DNA from: the human T2T-CHM13v2.0 reference genome, Homo sapiens
Assembly (NCBI RefSeq): GCF_009914755.1
Contig: NC_060930.1
DNA length: 64,000 bases
Reading direction: 5' to 3' (one strand)
In this document: positions 14,012 through 27,740 of the stretch, piece after piece
Numbering within the stretch: position 1 is the first letter of the stretch
Layout of the letters: each line of letters starts with the position of its first letter
Program-made: the position numbers and the translations under genes
The notes under the pieces: generated by a model
The model's database searches: none
The model's input: the letters and a program-made list of their open reading frames with translations, nothing else
What the model was told of the DNA's origin: nothing

Positions 14012-14055
14012 ACTGGCAAACAATATGTCACCATAGGGGATTTTTCTGATTGGCC
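14012..14055 (+). promoter_or_regulatory. DQA2 proximal promoter X (14012-14030) and Y (14046-14055) boxes
   Basis: Y box ctgattggcc (inverted CCAAT) about 115-125 bp upstream of the ATG, with actggcaaacaatatgtca at the X1/X2 position. Confidence 0.85.
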
Positions 14056-14169
14056 AAAACCTGACCTGGCAGGGTTTGGTTTGGGTGTCTTCAGATTTGC
14101 TTGTCTCGAGGTCCTCACAATTGCTCTACAGCTCAGAGCAGCAACTGCTGAGGCTGCCTTGGGAAGAAG

Positions 14170-14251
14170 ATGATCCTAAACAAAGCTCTGCTGCTGGGGG
14201 CCCTCGCCCTGACTGCCGTGATGAGCCCCTGTGGAGGTGAAGACATTGTGG
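14170..14251 (+). CDS. HLA-DQA2: HLA-DQA2 exon 1 (signal peptide)
   Basis: MILNKALLLGALALTAVMSPCGGEDIV; 82 nt; donor gtgagt. Confidence 0.97.
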
Positions 14252-15580
14252 GTGAGTGCATGAGTGAGGAATGTTCTCTGGAGCTGAAAAACAGCAAATT
14301 AAAGGAAAAGAAAGAGTGCAATTTGCTAAGAAATAGTAGAAATTTCCCAAGGGTCTTTTCAATATTAAGAAATTTTAAAATTATGGCAGTTCCTCCTTTA
14401 GGAAACCAGAGCTCCAACCGACTCTCTTTGCTACCTGTGCTATTGGAGTTTACCAAGGACGTTGTTCTGTTTATATTATATCCAGAGACTATAGCCTGGA
14501 GGTCTGTGTGGCATTCCATCATGATTGCCTCAAAGACTAGGGATGTTTCCATGAATGGAGTATTTTTTTGTTATTAAAAATTTCTGAACTGTTACTCCCA
14601 AATTTCTCTGAACAACTTTTGAAGCTTTTCATATGCCTCCTATAGCATATGTTGGGGTAGATAGTTCCATGAAGTATGTACACTCTATAGATATAAAGAA
14701 AGAGGTTCTTTTCTTTCTCTCAGACTTACATTTCCACATGGGAATTGGCACAGGTGGGGAGTAGGTGAAAGAGCCCAGCAGGCTGAATGCCTTCAACAAT
14801 CATTTTACCACGTGGTAAATGTGGTACTTACTCTCTGCTACCTCATATATGTCACCTCGCTTATGATCAAATAAAATGGGCATGTAGATATGCTTTATGA
14901 ATAGTAAAAACATGAATGTCAACTTTTTTTAACTTATTCCTATTACAGGTATAACTTCGTATTTTTTCTTTAGCAAAGTAAGGAATATATTTTAAAACTG
15001 AGAACTTTATGATAAAATGCTTGGTAAATTAAATTATTTTATTCTCAAATTGTCAACCCAAATTACTTGTTCTTCACCTTATCTAATGAAGTCTTATAAA
15101 GAGAAAAATGGGCAGGCACAGATTATTTGGTCCCTTAGTCCCCTCTGCCTTTGTCGTCCATCTCTTTCCACCTCTCTTCATGCATCCCTTTCTCCCTCTT
15201 CCCTTTCAGGATCCATCTCTGACTCCCTGCTCCTTTACAGACATGGGCAGTGGGTTTGTAAAACAAAAGTTGGAAAGTCAAATAGTTAAAAGGGGAAGTG
15301 AACTGGAAGCTACTCGAAACTTCCACAACCTTATTAACCATAGCTGCTCCCATTCTGATTTTGTTTGGCAGTGGAAGTTTCACCTGCTTCTCCAGAGCAC
15401 TTGGCTTTTTTTTTTCAAATCTCCTTTCTTCAACCTCACACCAGAGTGCCCCGGTCAGGCTCGACTTATCCATTAGGAACAGTGTGGGCAGTGAAGGAGA
15501 CTCTCCAAACTGTAAAGCTACAAGAGAACGTTTTAACTCGTTTTAAAATTAGAAGAAAAATGAAGTTTTACAGTCTATGA

Positions 15581-15888
<308 letters not shown>

Positions 15889-17886
15889 TTAACTTTTAAT
15901 GTAGCCTGGATTGTATTTGTCTTTATACCAATACAATCAGAAGCTGTAATTTTCCGTATTTTTATGGAGGAAGGCGCCCACAAAAGCAACAGTGCTCGGG
16001 GCTCACAAGTCAGAATTCAGCCCTGGGCATCCCTGATCCTGGGCTTTGCGTGGTTCTGCTACCTGGGTGCCTGTCAGTCTTCCCCAAAATCTATGTAATT
16101 GTCAAAAATTGCAATTGTCATTCAATACACATGTTTGAGCACACAATGAGCTAACTTTTGGGAATTCAAAGATAAAAAATCATGCTGTCTGCCTTGCAGA
16201 GGGTGCACAAACCAGTGATGGAAACAGTATGGGGCACAGGAAAGCAGAAGGCCCTGCTGAGCAGGACAGTGGCCCAGCAGAGGCTGAAACTATAAAAATG
16301 ACTTGGTTCCAGCTGGGCCAGTAGAGTGATGTCCTCCAGCAACACTCAGCACCCAGGACAAGTACCAGATGAAAAGAAGGATTGCATGTATTCCACATAT
16401 ATTCATGTTTGAACAAGGAGTCAAAGTTTATTGTAAGGATAAGGAGTCTTTGTTGGTGGCCTGTTAAGTAACCAACCAGGGCAGTCATGCTGGGTAGGGA
16501 AGAAGGTGAGCTGGAGGAGGAACAGACAAACTTGGAGAGCCAGACATTGAGATTCCATTGAGGCGTTGGAGGTCACAACGCGGTCAAAAACATGTTGAGA
16601 GCACTTAGCTGCAAAGTTGTTAACTAAGTAGAAACCTCAAGGATGAATTTTAGGATTTCTCCAGGAAATCCTAAAAGATAACTTCTTTCAGGGAGAAAAA
16701 ACAGACCCTTGCAAAGACATGAAAGGAAGTGTAGTTTGGTTTGATTGGCAGATAGTTGTGAAGAATGTCGGACTGTAAGGCTGTCGATATCCTCCTCACA
16801 GAACTCCCCAAAGTACATTGTATTTGCTCCCTTACCGACCTGATTCTCCCACTATTCAGTTCATTCCTTGATGCTGTTTTAAGCAACCCCTGCTCTGTCT
16901 GACACTTTTGGATGCTCAGTAAATGAGGAAGGAAGGAAGGAAAGATAAAATGGTAAAGGGCTCACACATGTCTTAACAAAAATGTCCAGTTCGGCTCATT
17001 TGGCTATACTTCATGGCTGCTGCTCTGCCCTTGCATCCTCGGATAAGCTCACTGCCCATTAGAGGAAAAAGGGTTTAATTTACCTGAGTCCTCGAGTGAA
17101 TGTAATTGTTGAATCAGAACACTATAGACATTTAGTAACCTCCTTCAGAGGAAAAAAAAAAAAGTGGGGGCAATGACAGAAATTAAAAAACCAGTCGAGC
17201 TTCCACTTTTCATTTCAGAAGAAATCAGGTGCTCTCCTCTAAGGACCACTACTATTAACAAAACAGAGACCTTAGAAGAATTGTTTATTTGTTATAAATG
17301 TATAATGTTGCTATTCTTGTAATAGTCTTTCTCGTACCCTATAATTGTTAGAAGAAATTCTTTTAAGTTAATACGTTCCTACATGCTTTTCTTTGGTTTA
17401 AAAAAAAAAGAATAAAGGAAACTCTGTGTAGAAAGTGTCCTGTTCTGATCTAGTCCTGACAGGAAACGAAGTATAATCAACTTGTTATTAACTGAGAGAG
17501 AAAACTTAGGAAGCAGAGGGAAATAAACTGAATCTCTGAGTAAGAAAACTAAATCCTATGATAACTCATTCATTCCTTCCTTTGTTTATTGCAATATTCA
17601 TCATAAGCTTATGATGTGCCAGGCACTAAGTAGGCACTCAGGAAATAACAGACGTGTGACGTTCTGCCTTTGTGGAGCATATGTTATAGTGAGAAAGACA
17701 GAATCAGTTCTAACCTGATGACTACCAACGTTAGGCAAGGAGGAAGCAGGTGTTAGGAAGATTGTTCAAGGACTGTGCCAAAGATGAAGCCCATAATATT
17801 TGAAAGTGAGTTTCTTCAATCACTTTCTGTATTAAGGTTCTTTCTCCCTGTGTTCCACCCTCCTGCTTGTCACCTTCACTCGTCAG

Positions 17887-18135
17887 CTGACCATGTTGCC
17901 TCCTATGGTGTGAACTTCTACCAGTCTCACGGTCCCTCTGGCCAGTACACCCATGAATTTGATGGAGACGAGGAGTTCTACGTGGACCTGGAGACGAAAG
18001 AGACTGTCTGGCAGTTGCCTATGTTTAGCAAATTTATAAGTTTTGACCCGCAGAGTGCACTGAGAAATATGGCTGTGGGAAAACACACCTTGGAATTCAT
18101 GATGAGACAGTCCAACTCTACCGCTGCCACCAATG
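17887..18135 (+). CDS. HLA-DQA2: HLA-DQA2 exon 2 (alpha1 domain)
   Basis: [83 protein letters not shown]; 249 nt; cag and gtatg junctions. Confidence 0.97.
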
Positions 18136-18518
18136 GTATGTGTCCACCATTCCGCCTCTCTTTACTGAAACTAATCTTTCATACCAAGTTTTACTCCCTT
18201 CTTCTCAAGAGATTTCCGGATCTTCTCATGGTAATTGCTGAAATTTTATCATCTCCCATCTCTAAAATCACATATTCCCATGTAATACAAGGGTCTTTCC
18301 ATTATGTATTAATTCCTACTTTATTAAACATGCCCACAGAGAGAAGGGCACAGGAATAAAGCAGAGGCAATGTGTCGTTGCTCCCAAGCAGAAGGTAAAT
18401 AAGACCTCTTTGACTATCAGGTGGTGAAATGCTGGTAAGAGGGCTCTTCCAGGATGTAATGCAGAAGCTCATGGCAGAGCTATTCACACTTCACATCAGT
18501 GCTGTTTCCTCACCACAG

Positions 18519-18800
18519 AGGTTCCTGAGGTCACAGTGTTTTCCAAGTTTCCTGTGACGCTGGGTCAGCCCAACACCCTCATCTGTCTTGTGGACAACAT
18601 CTTTCCTCCTGTGGTCAACATCACCTGGCTGAGCAATGGGCACTCAGTCACAGAAGGTGTTTCTGAGACCAGCTTCCTCTCCAAGAGTGATCATTCCTTC
18701 TTCAAGATCAGTTACCTCACCTTCCTCCCTTCTGCTGATGAGATTTATGACTGCAAGGTGGAGCACTGGGGCCTGGACGAGCCTCTTCTGAAACACTGGG
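18519..18800 (+). CDS. HLA-DQA2: HLA-DQA2 exon 3 (alpha2 Ig domain)
   Basis: [37 protein letters not shown]...[18 protein letters not shown]; 282 nt. Confidence 0.97.
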
Positions 18801-18967
18801 GTAAGGATGAGTTCCACCACTTCATGGGTTTCTAATAACAGACTTCACTCTTCTCCCTAAGCCTGGGGCCTTGAGTCTTGCAGAGCCAGCCCTCCACCCC
18901 ATCCCATCCCACACACATGCACATGAGCACACTGCACATTCTGACCTCAACAGCTCCACTTTCACAG

Positions 18968-19122
18968 AGCCTGAGATTCCAGCCCCTATGTCAGAGCTCA
19001 CAGAGACTTTGGTCTGCGCCCTGGGGTTGTCTGTGGGCCTCATGGGCATTGTGGTGGGCACTGTCTTCATCATCCAAGGCCTGCGTTCAGTTGGTGCTTC
19101 CAGACACCAAGGGCTCTTATGA
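18968..19122 (+). CDS. HLA-DQA2: HLA-DQA2 exon 4 coding part (TM/cytoplasmic); exon continues to 19141
   Basis: EPEIPAPMSELTETLVCALGLSVGLMGIVVGTVFIIQGLRSVGASRHQGLL*; CDS 82+249+282+155=768 nt = 255 aa plus stop. Confidence 0.97.
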
Positions 19123-19308
19123 ATCTCATCCTGAAAGGAAGGTAAGATTGAGATTTGTTGGAGCTGAAACCTCAGTATGAGAGGGAGGAAAGTGGGAGGG
19201 GGTTGTGGACATGAATGTGGTTGAAAGTTGTAGGCGAATTGGGAAGTGGCATGATGATCACACAGGAGGCCCCTCAGACCCATCGATCTCATGTCTGTCC
19301 TGTTGCAG

Positions 19309-19625
19309 GTGCATCACCATCTACAGGAGAAGAAGAATGGACTTGCTAAATGACCTAGCACTATTCTCTGGCCTGATTTATCATATCCCTTTTCTCCTCC
19401 AAATGTTTCTTCTCTCACCTCTTCTCTGGGACTTAAGGTGCTATATTCCCTCAGAGCTCACAAATGCCTTTCAATTCTTTCCCTGACCTCCTTTCCTGAA
19501 TTTTTTTATTTTCTCAAATGTTACCTACTAAGGGATGCCTGAGTAAGCCACTCAGCTACCTAATTCCTCAATGACCTTTATCTAAAATCTCCATGGAAGC
19601 AATAAATTCCCTTTTGATGCCTCTA
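19309..19625 (+). other. HLA-DQA2: HLA-DQA2 exon 5 (3'UTR) with poly(A) signal AATAAA at 19601-19606
   Basis: Acceptor tgttgcag at 19301-19308; the 3' end is approximate. Confidence 0.8.
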
Positions 19626-20172
19626 TTGAATTTTTCCCATCTTTCATCTCAGGGCTGACTGAGAGCATAACTTAGAATGGGTGACTCTTATGTTTTAGGC
19701 CAATTTCATGTCATTCCCCAGATCATATTTCATGTCCAGTAACACAGGAGCAACCAAGTACAGTGTATCCTGATAATTTGTTGATTTCTTAACTGGTGTT
19801 AATATTTCTTTCTTCCTTTTGTTCCTACCCTTGGCCACTGCCACCCACCCCTCAATTCAGGTACCAACGAACCCTCTGCCCTTGGCTCAGAATGGTTATA
19901 GCAGAAATACAAAAAAAAAAAAAAAAGTCTGTACTAATTTCAATATGGCTCTTAAAAGGAATGACAGAGAAATAGGATACAAGAATTTTGAATCTCAAAA
20001 GTTATCAAAAGTAAAAAATTTTGTTACCAAAAGTCAAACTGCATTCTCAAAACTTTAAATTTGTGAAGAATGACAACAGTAGAAGCTTTCCTCTCCCCTT
20101 CTCACCTTGAGGAGATAAAAATTCTCTAGGCAGGAAAAGAAATGGAAGCCAGTTAGAAAAACATTGAAATAA

Positions 20173-20475
20173 GGCCAGGCACGGTGGCTCACACCTATAA
20201 TCCCAACACTTTGGGAGGCCAAAGTGGGCAGATCACTTGTGGTCAGGACTTGGAGACCAGCCTGGCCAACGTGGTTACACCCTGTCTCTACTAAAAATAC
20301 AAAAATTAGCTGGGCATGGTGGTGGGCACCTGTAATCCCAGCTACTCAGGAGGCTGAAGCAGGAGAATCGCTTGAACCTGGGAGGTGGAGGTTGCAATAA
20401 GATTGTGCCACTGCACTCCAGCCTGGGCAACAGAATGAAACTCCATCTCAAAAATAAATAAATACATATAAATAA
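20173..20475 (+). mobile_element. AluS
   Basis: ggccaggcacggtggctcac...actccatctca followed by an A-rich tail. Confidence 0.92.
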
Positions 20476-21559
20476 ATTTTTTAAAAAAGAAAAATATTAA
20501 AATAAGGCAATAATATAAGTGGGTATCTGAAAAGGAACAAATGCTTGTTCCTTACTTAGGGTTAGTGACAATGGAAAACAGATAGAAGTAGAAGCTACAG
20601 ACCCATTTAGGGGCCCCAGCCCCCTGCTCCTCCCCCTTCCTGGCTAAGGAAAGCATGAGCCTATGAGAGAGAAATCCTAGGAAGAACAAGACAGTTGAGA
20701 CAATGTAGCAGCAGTAGTGGGTGTTGTGTCCTACACTGGATTCGTGGTCTCCTAATAGAAAATCTCTCAGAGGAAATGGGTCCACAGAGACCTGAGGGCT
20801 CTAAACAGCTATGAAATCTGCCAGGATATTTCTGTCCATGCTATCTGCATCAGTGAGTTTAAAATGTAATAGGAGAAAAAAAAGAGACAAAACATTAACA
20901 TAATAATTGATACAGCATAGTTTTGTACAAAGAAACCTAAATCCAAATACTTGACTCAGTATTTTGAAGCTAATATTTTAAACTTTACTGGGTAAAGTAT
21001 CTGATTGACATTTCTGAACCTTATTTTTCTCATCCACAATGTGGGAGTGATAATATTTTCCTTGCAGAGTTATTGACAGAATTTGAATAATCTTGGTATA
21101 TAGACAGTGCCTTACACGTAGTATATAAATATATAAGAAAACACTGCAGTTATGTTTATAATGGATTTATTAAAAAGAATGGATCATATTATATGAAAAG
21201 TACATTTGTTTTCCTTAGCCCTTTAGTGATTTAGGAGATTCAAGCGTAGACGTAAAAGTGAGTTTCTTTTCATATGTTAACTGGAGGATTTTTTTCTTTC
21301 TTGAGAGGCTGAGATTGGGTTGATAAGAGAACTCTTAGGACAAGAAGTTGTAATATTTGACTTCGGTTTTTAACTCTCTAAGGGGTATATTCCCTCCTTA
21401 TGGCCCATAAATTTTAAGTCAAGGTGAATTATATGCAACAGCAGTTTATCCATATTTACTTTGGGGAGGAGGTGGGGAGACTCCGGGAGAAAATAATTAT
21501 AAATGCAGACTGGGAATTAGTAAGTGCAGGGAATCTGAACCAGTGGTGATCATGAAAAC

Positions 21560-21900
21560 GTCCATCACAGAACACAGAGGATTTTTAGGGCAATGAAACT
21601 ACTCTATTTGATACCACAATGGTGAATAAATATCATTATGCGCTTGCCCAAATCCATAGAATGTACAACACCAAGAATGAACCTTAATATAAACTATGGA
21701 CTTTGGGTGATAATGATGTGTCAGTGTAAGTTCATAAGTTGTAGCAAATGTACCTCTGTCGTGGAGGATGTTACTAGTGGGGGAGGCTATGCATGTGTGG
21801 GAACAGAGAGCATATGGGATACATCTATCTGTACTCTACAATTTTTCTGGGAACCTAAAACTTCTCTAAAATAAACTCTATTAAAAAAAAAGAAAAGAAA
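21560..21900 (+). mobile_element. Old L1M 3' end fragment
   Basis: aactatggactttgggtgataatgatgtgtca...ggaacctaaaacttctctaaaataaa followed by poly-A. Confidence 0.7.
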
Positions 21901-22073
21901 AGGTCAACAATAATGATCCCAAATATATAAAATTAAAACTGTAGTATAAAAATGGTCACATGAAAATGCATGAATGTGCTAAGAACTTTTCTGCAATAGG
22001 ATTTAAAATAAATTTTATATAAATTTCAATGATTCATGAGCCAAGAACCCAGCATTCTGGAGGTGTGTGCATT

Positions 22074-22106
22074 TGTGTGTGTGTGTGTGTGTGCGTGTGT
22101 GTGTGT
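22074..22106. repeat. (TG)n microsatellite with a GC interruption
   Basis: tgtgtgtgtgtgtgtgtgtgcgtgtgtgtgtgt. Confidence 0.9.
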
Positions 22107-22509
22107 AAGGCTTACATTGAATGGCATTATAACCAGAGTCATACAGAAATACACAAATGCTCCCCTATTTAGAATCCTTCCCCAAGAAATACTGAGGAAA
22201 GCAAATATAATGGTAGTTGGATTTTACTGAAAGAATGTATTCAAAAAGTATTTATATAATGTTAAAATAGCATAGTTAAAATTAGTTTTATAAAATAGAG
22301 CAAATATATCTTTTTATCAGCTAAAAGTTCAAAGTGAAATCATCATTATTATATTATTATATTATTATTATAAACAGTTATAAATCAGGCTGCATGATTT
22401 TAAATTAAATGATTATTAAAAATTGTTATCTGAATTATTTCAGATTACATACATAAAGTATGACTTCATTAATAGGTAATATCACATTGTTCAAATTTTA
22501 CAAAATTTC

Positions 22510-22760
22510 CAGTCACAATGGTTCATGCCTGTAATCTCAGCACAAGGTGAGGGTCCCTTAAAGCCCAGGAGATGGAGACCAGTCTGTAGTCCCAGCTAGT
22601 AGGGAGGCTGAGGCAGGAGGATTGCTGCTTGAGCCCAGGAGTTCAAGGCTGCAGTGAGCTAGGACTGACTGCACCACTGCACTCGCTCCAGCCTGGGCAA
22701 CACAGCGAGACCCCGTCTCTAAAAATAAATAAATAAATGAATGAATGAATAAATAAAAAT
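22510..22760 (+). mobile_element. Rearranged AluJ-like element
   Basis: Deleted left arm, gcttgagcccaggagttcaaggctgcagtgag, (aaat/gaat)n tail. Confidence 0.8.
22632..22699 (-). ncRNA. MIR3135B: Alu-derived miRNA hairpin; mature GGCUGGAGCGAGUGCAGUGGUG at 22693-22672
   Basis: The 68-nt minus strand ugcccaggcuggagcgagugcagugg...aacuccugggcu matches my recollection of miR-3135b, annotated between DQA2 and DQB2. Confidence 0.75.
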
Positions 22761-25664
22761 TACAAAACGTAAAAATCACGTAAAATATTTCAGGTTTGTA
22801 CTTACCACATACAAACTAGAGATATGAAGAATTAAACATTACAAATAAAGCACTTCACACACAGACTGGCCCATAGTAAGCAGTTTATAGAAATTAACAA
22901 ATTTGTGTTATTGTTATTTTCTGGAGTCCAAGACAAAATCCCATGATGAATGACACCACAAGGATGTAAGCAACAAAATTCAGAATATGAGAAGTTCTAC
23001 TAGATTAAATAAAAAGATTTCTCCAGCAAACAATTTGCAAAAAAAGTTAAAAATAGAGAAAAGAAAAGCTATACACTTGAAAAAGACTGAAGAAATATAG
23101 TAACCAAATGCTGAGCTTTGTCTAGATTCATATTCAAACAAAACATCTGTTAAAAAATTTATATGAGGCAATCAGAAAAATTGACACTGAGTGTATTAAG
23201 GAATTATTTATCTCGTTTTAAATGTGTTAGTGGCATTGCTGTTATGTTTCTAAAAAGCCATTATATTTTAGATTTTCATAATAAAAATGTATAAATGAAA
23301 TATGATACCTAAAAATATCTTCAAAATAATCCATTATGTGCCTGTATGATAACTGGGTGGGTTTACAAAATTGCTCATGAATTGATTATTGTTAAAGCAA
23401 GGCTGTTGATACATGGAATTCTTCTCTGTACTATTGCACACAGTTGAAATTTTCTGTAATACAAAGGTTTTTTTTTTTAAATGTATTCAGGAAAGTCCCA
23501 TAAACATAGGCAGACAAGCATTCTGTTTGAAGTTATGTTAGTTTTTCAGTTTTTCTCATTTTTATCACATTTAGGAAACCCTGTCCAAGGCCTGCCCAAG
23601 ACTGTAAGAACCTCTCAGGAATGCAACTGTAAAGAATGTGTATGCAGGAACTAATAATAACAAAGGAAAGCAAAGTAATGCTTGCTTTATTATTGGCTGG
23701 ACTAAGCCCCCAGACTTGTTTATATATTCACTAATTCATCAAAAATGCAAAAATGGTCATTGAGTCCCAGTGCTACAATAAGTACTCATAGTTTGTTGAA
23801 TGTTATTAAAATAATGTGAAAACAATTACATTCATTATCTTCATAGAACTTACACTCCAGTGGGAGGAAAATACATATATTACATAATTCCACAAACATA
23901 GTTACAAGGTCTGAAACATTTATAAAGAAAAAGAATGAGGTAAAATGAGAGAGTGTTGCACAGGGACCAGGTATGATTTGGGGCAGTTTAGAAGTGGCTT
24001 GAAGAAATGTATCTTCAGATGAAATAAGGTGGTATACAGTAGGTAAAGGACAAGGTTGAAGAGGCCAGAGCAAATGTTTGAGAAACTCTTACAATATGAA
24101 AGAGAAGATGAGAATAAAATAACATGAAAATTATCACAGATTTAATAGAGAAAGTTCATGTAACAGCAAACAAGTTTAAAGTCATTCTAATTAGAATTCT
24201 TGATCTGTAAAAGTAATAATAGAATGCTAAAAACAATTGGAAAATTTAATAGAAAGATTGGAAAATTAAATCAAGAAAATCTCACAGTAATTTAAAAGGC
24301 AAAAAAAAAAATATAATATATGGTAGAAAAAATAAGATGGAGAACAGACCAAGGAAGTCAAACATCAAGTGACAAAGCTAGAGAGACCAACAGGGAAGAT
24401 GAAGGGAGAAAATGATCAGAACAAATAATAAGGGAAAATTTTCCAGATATAAAGGATTTAATTCTTCCATGGAATAGTCTTGTCAGGTATTTAGCAAAAT
24501 TAACAGACTCACTTCTAAATATCTCATTTTCAAAATTTCAGAACTTCAGGTGTTATAGAAAAGTCATAAAATATTCCAGTGGCGGAAACCAAAATGAAAC
24601 AAACTGACAACAAAAAAAATACTTCTATTATTAAGATAATGAGAAAGTCCTTGAAGTTCTAAAGGAAAATTATTTTTTATTAATAAATGTAGATCTTTTC
24701 AAAGTCACAATCAGGCATGGAGAAAGAATAAAAATACCTGTGAATGTGAAAGGACATAAAATTTACCTACCACGCAGAGTTTTACTAGAAATTGACTAAG
24801 GATATGACCAATTGAGATTGTTAATCAGGATATAGGAAGGTAAGGAATCCAGGAAACTGGGTTTAACCCAGGATCTCACTGAAAAGGGATCCTACTACAG
24901 CAGTTTCTTGGCAAGCAAAGAATACCTGACTACATAAGTGATATTTAGAAAGTGATAAACTTTTTTTTTCAAATTTAGAATTAATCTGTGAGCAAAGCCC
25001 AAGGAATCTTATTGCTACAGCAGAATGTCAATATTTTCAGCTTTGACAATATTGGGGGAAAAAAAAAGATGTAGATACTTAATTTTGGCAACTGGAAGCG
25101 TAAAGGAGAGGGGAAAGGGAGGGTAACAATGCCAATAACTTCATCTTCCAAGAAGGAGGGGAAGAGGCATTGCCCATACTTACAGAAGTCACAAAGATCA
25201 ATATATTTAAATTACAATCACAACTGGAAAAAGTATGTAAAATGACTCATGAATTAGAGCAAGGTTTTAGAAATTGGACTATTATTTCAGTTACAAAAAA
25301 AATGGACTGTTATTCTTCGGCCTAAGCTATTCAGAAGCTGCAAGAGCCCCTCAGAGTTGGCCCAAATTAGAGCAGGCTTTTATACTCCTATACTGACCAA
25401 TCATTATAGGTGAGTTCCTCCTGGGAAGTGGATCAAAATCCGATGAGGCAGCTTTCATCACCAAAGGCAATTCCGGGGCATGACTGACAGCTGAGGGCAG
25501 TCAGCCAGCAACATTCCCAGCAATGACAGAATAAATCGTTCAGTCTCAAAGGGAGGAGTTTAGGTACAGTGGAACAGCACCGACGGCAGAAACACTGTTC
25601 TAGTTCCTGGGAGTACATATACATTCATGTGGAAGAAAACAAACAGATAAAATTCAGCATCTAT

Positions 25665-26655
25665 TTAAAAATTAAAAATAAAACTACCACATGATCCAGC
25701 AGTTCCACTTCTGGGTACATATGCAAAGGAAATGAAATCTGTATCAAAGAGATATCTGCACTCCCGTGTTTATTGCAGCACTATTCACAATGGCCAAGAG
25801 ATGGAATCAACCTAACTATCCATCAGCAGATGAATGGATAAAAAAAATGTGGTGCATATACACAATGAAATACTATTCAGCCGTATAAAAGAAGGAAATC
25901 TTGTCATTTATAGCATGGACGAACCCATTGGACAGTATGCTAAGTGAAATAAGCCAGGCACAGAAAGACAAATACGACATGACCTAACTTACATGCAGAA
26001 TCTTAAAAAGTCAAAGTCATGGAGGGGGTGGGGTGTGGGGAGAGGGAGAAAAAGGAATGAGATGTTGGTCAAAAGGTACAAGTTTCAGTTAGAGAGGAGG
26101 AATAAGTACTGAAGATCAATTGTGCAGCATGGTGACTAGTTAATAATATCATACAGTTGTCCCTTGGCATCCATGAGGGATTGGTTCTAGGACCCTTCCT
26201 GGATACCAAAATATAAGAATGCTCAAGTCTCTTATTAAAAATGGCTTAGTTTTTGTACATCACCTAAGTATGTTTTCCCATATACTTTAAATCATCTTTA
26301 GATTACTTATAATACTTAATGCAATGTAAATGCTATGTAAATAGTTGTTATACTGTATTCTTTTAAGCTGTATTATTTTTATGTTGTATTGTTGTATTTT
26401 ATCATTTTTTCCAAATATTTTCAATCCATGGTTGACTGAATCAGAGGATGCAAAACCCACAAATACAGGGCCAGCTGTATTGTATATTTGAAAATTGCTA
26501 AGACAGATTTTAAATATTCATACCACATAAAAAAATAAGTATGTGAAGTGATGGATATGTTAATTAGCTTGATTTAATCATTTCATAGTGTATACATATA
26601 TCGAAATGTCAATTGTACCTTATAAGTACTCAATTATTTGTAAATTAAAAATAAT
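25665..26655 (+). mobile_element. L1M (MA/MB) 3' end interrupted by MER2
   Basis: tgatccagcagttccacttctggg...ttattgcagcactattcacaa...gtgatggatatgttaattagcttgattt. Confidence 0.8.
26154..26477 (+). mobile_element. MER2 (Tigger-family MITE)
   Basis: ta|cagttgtcccttgg...agggccagctg|ta; TA TSD and imperfect TIRs. Confidence 0.8.
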
Positions 26656-27740
26656 TTAAATTTTTTGAAATGTAACATTCTTAACTTTTTCTTGTTCAAA
26701 TAAAGTTTTCTGTTCTTTATTTTCAAAAACTTTTTTGTTTAAAAATATCATCTCAATCATCTCAATTTCTATTAACTCAATTGATTCACCCTATTAACTT
26801 ATGAACTCTCCTCTGAAGTTAAACATTCCATGATTATTGAGAAGGGTAAAGTTAATGTGCAGTAAGATCTTAGCCCACAGTAAAAAACAAATCTTAGTGA
26901 TGTCACTTAATAAAGAGACTTAATTCCACAGTTTCTCCAGTGACTCAGGTTATATGGAGTTTCCAACGTCTCATCGTGCATCTACTTGCAAGTTCCATTG
27001 GCTAGTATTAGTCAAATGATCCCAACCTAACAGCAGAAAAGACTGGGAGATGTAAAGAACCTTATGGCATATTGACGAGCAACATTGTCTCTGAAAGATA
27101 TGCTGATATTTCCTAAGGTAAGGACAAATGCTAACAACTGGCAGGTTGTTCTCTAGAACACCCACATACTTTCCTCCAAGTTATATGCCGACTAAGACTC
27201 AATTCTTCTTGTTAGCAAACTTATTTATAAAAAATGTACTTGTTACTTTAATTATCAATTAAAGATTATACTACCCAATGAAATCTGGGTGCAAAAAATA
27301 ATTGTTTCTATGAAACTGTCAGTGGAAGAAAGGGAAAAAGACTTTGATCCTCTCATAACCAGGATGTGTTCAGTGTGACAATGTTGAACTGAATGTTCTA
27401 GAATCTGTGTTGGACTGCATTAAATACGGTCATAGGCTGCATGCAGCCCGCGGGCTGAGGGTTGGAAAAGCTTGTCTGCCTTAATGACAAACCCAGAGAC
27501 TGACATGTAGACCATCTTCAGGGCTGAGCCCACATCAAAGGGGTCACAGTGTGTAGTGACGTCCCTCATAACCGGGAAGAGGGTGTCATCAGGAATGAAC
27601 AGGTTACGATGTCAATGACAAAGGGAGCTCAGACAAGGAATGAGATGGCTGTGAACAGGTACCCCCACTGAGGGACCCTAGAACCAGAGGAAGCTCTGCC
27701 GTTTGACCTGTGTGCTCCACAAGAAACAAACTTCCCCTAC

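Noticed and set aside
17775-18359. 194-aa ORF
   Set aside because: It is DQA2 exon 2 read through into flanking introns.
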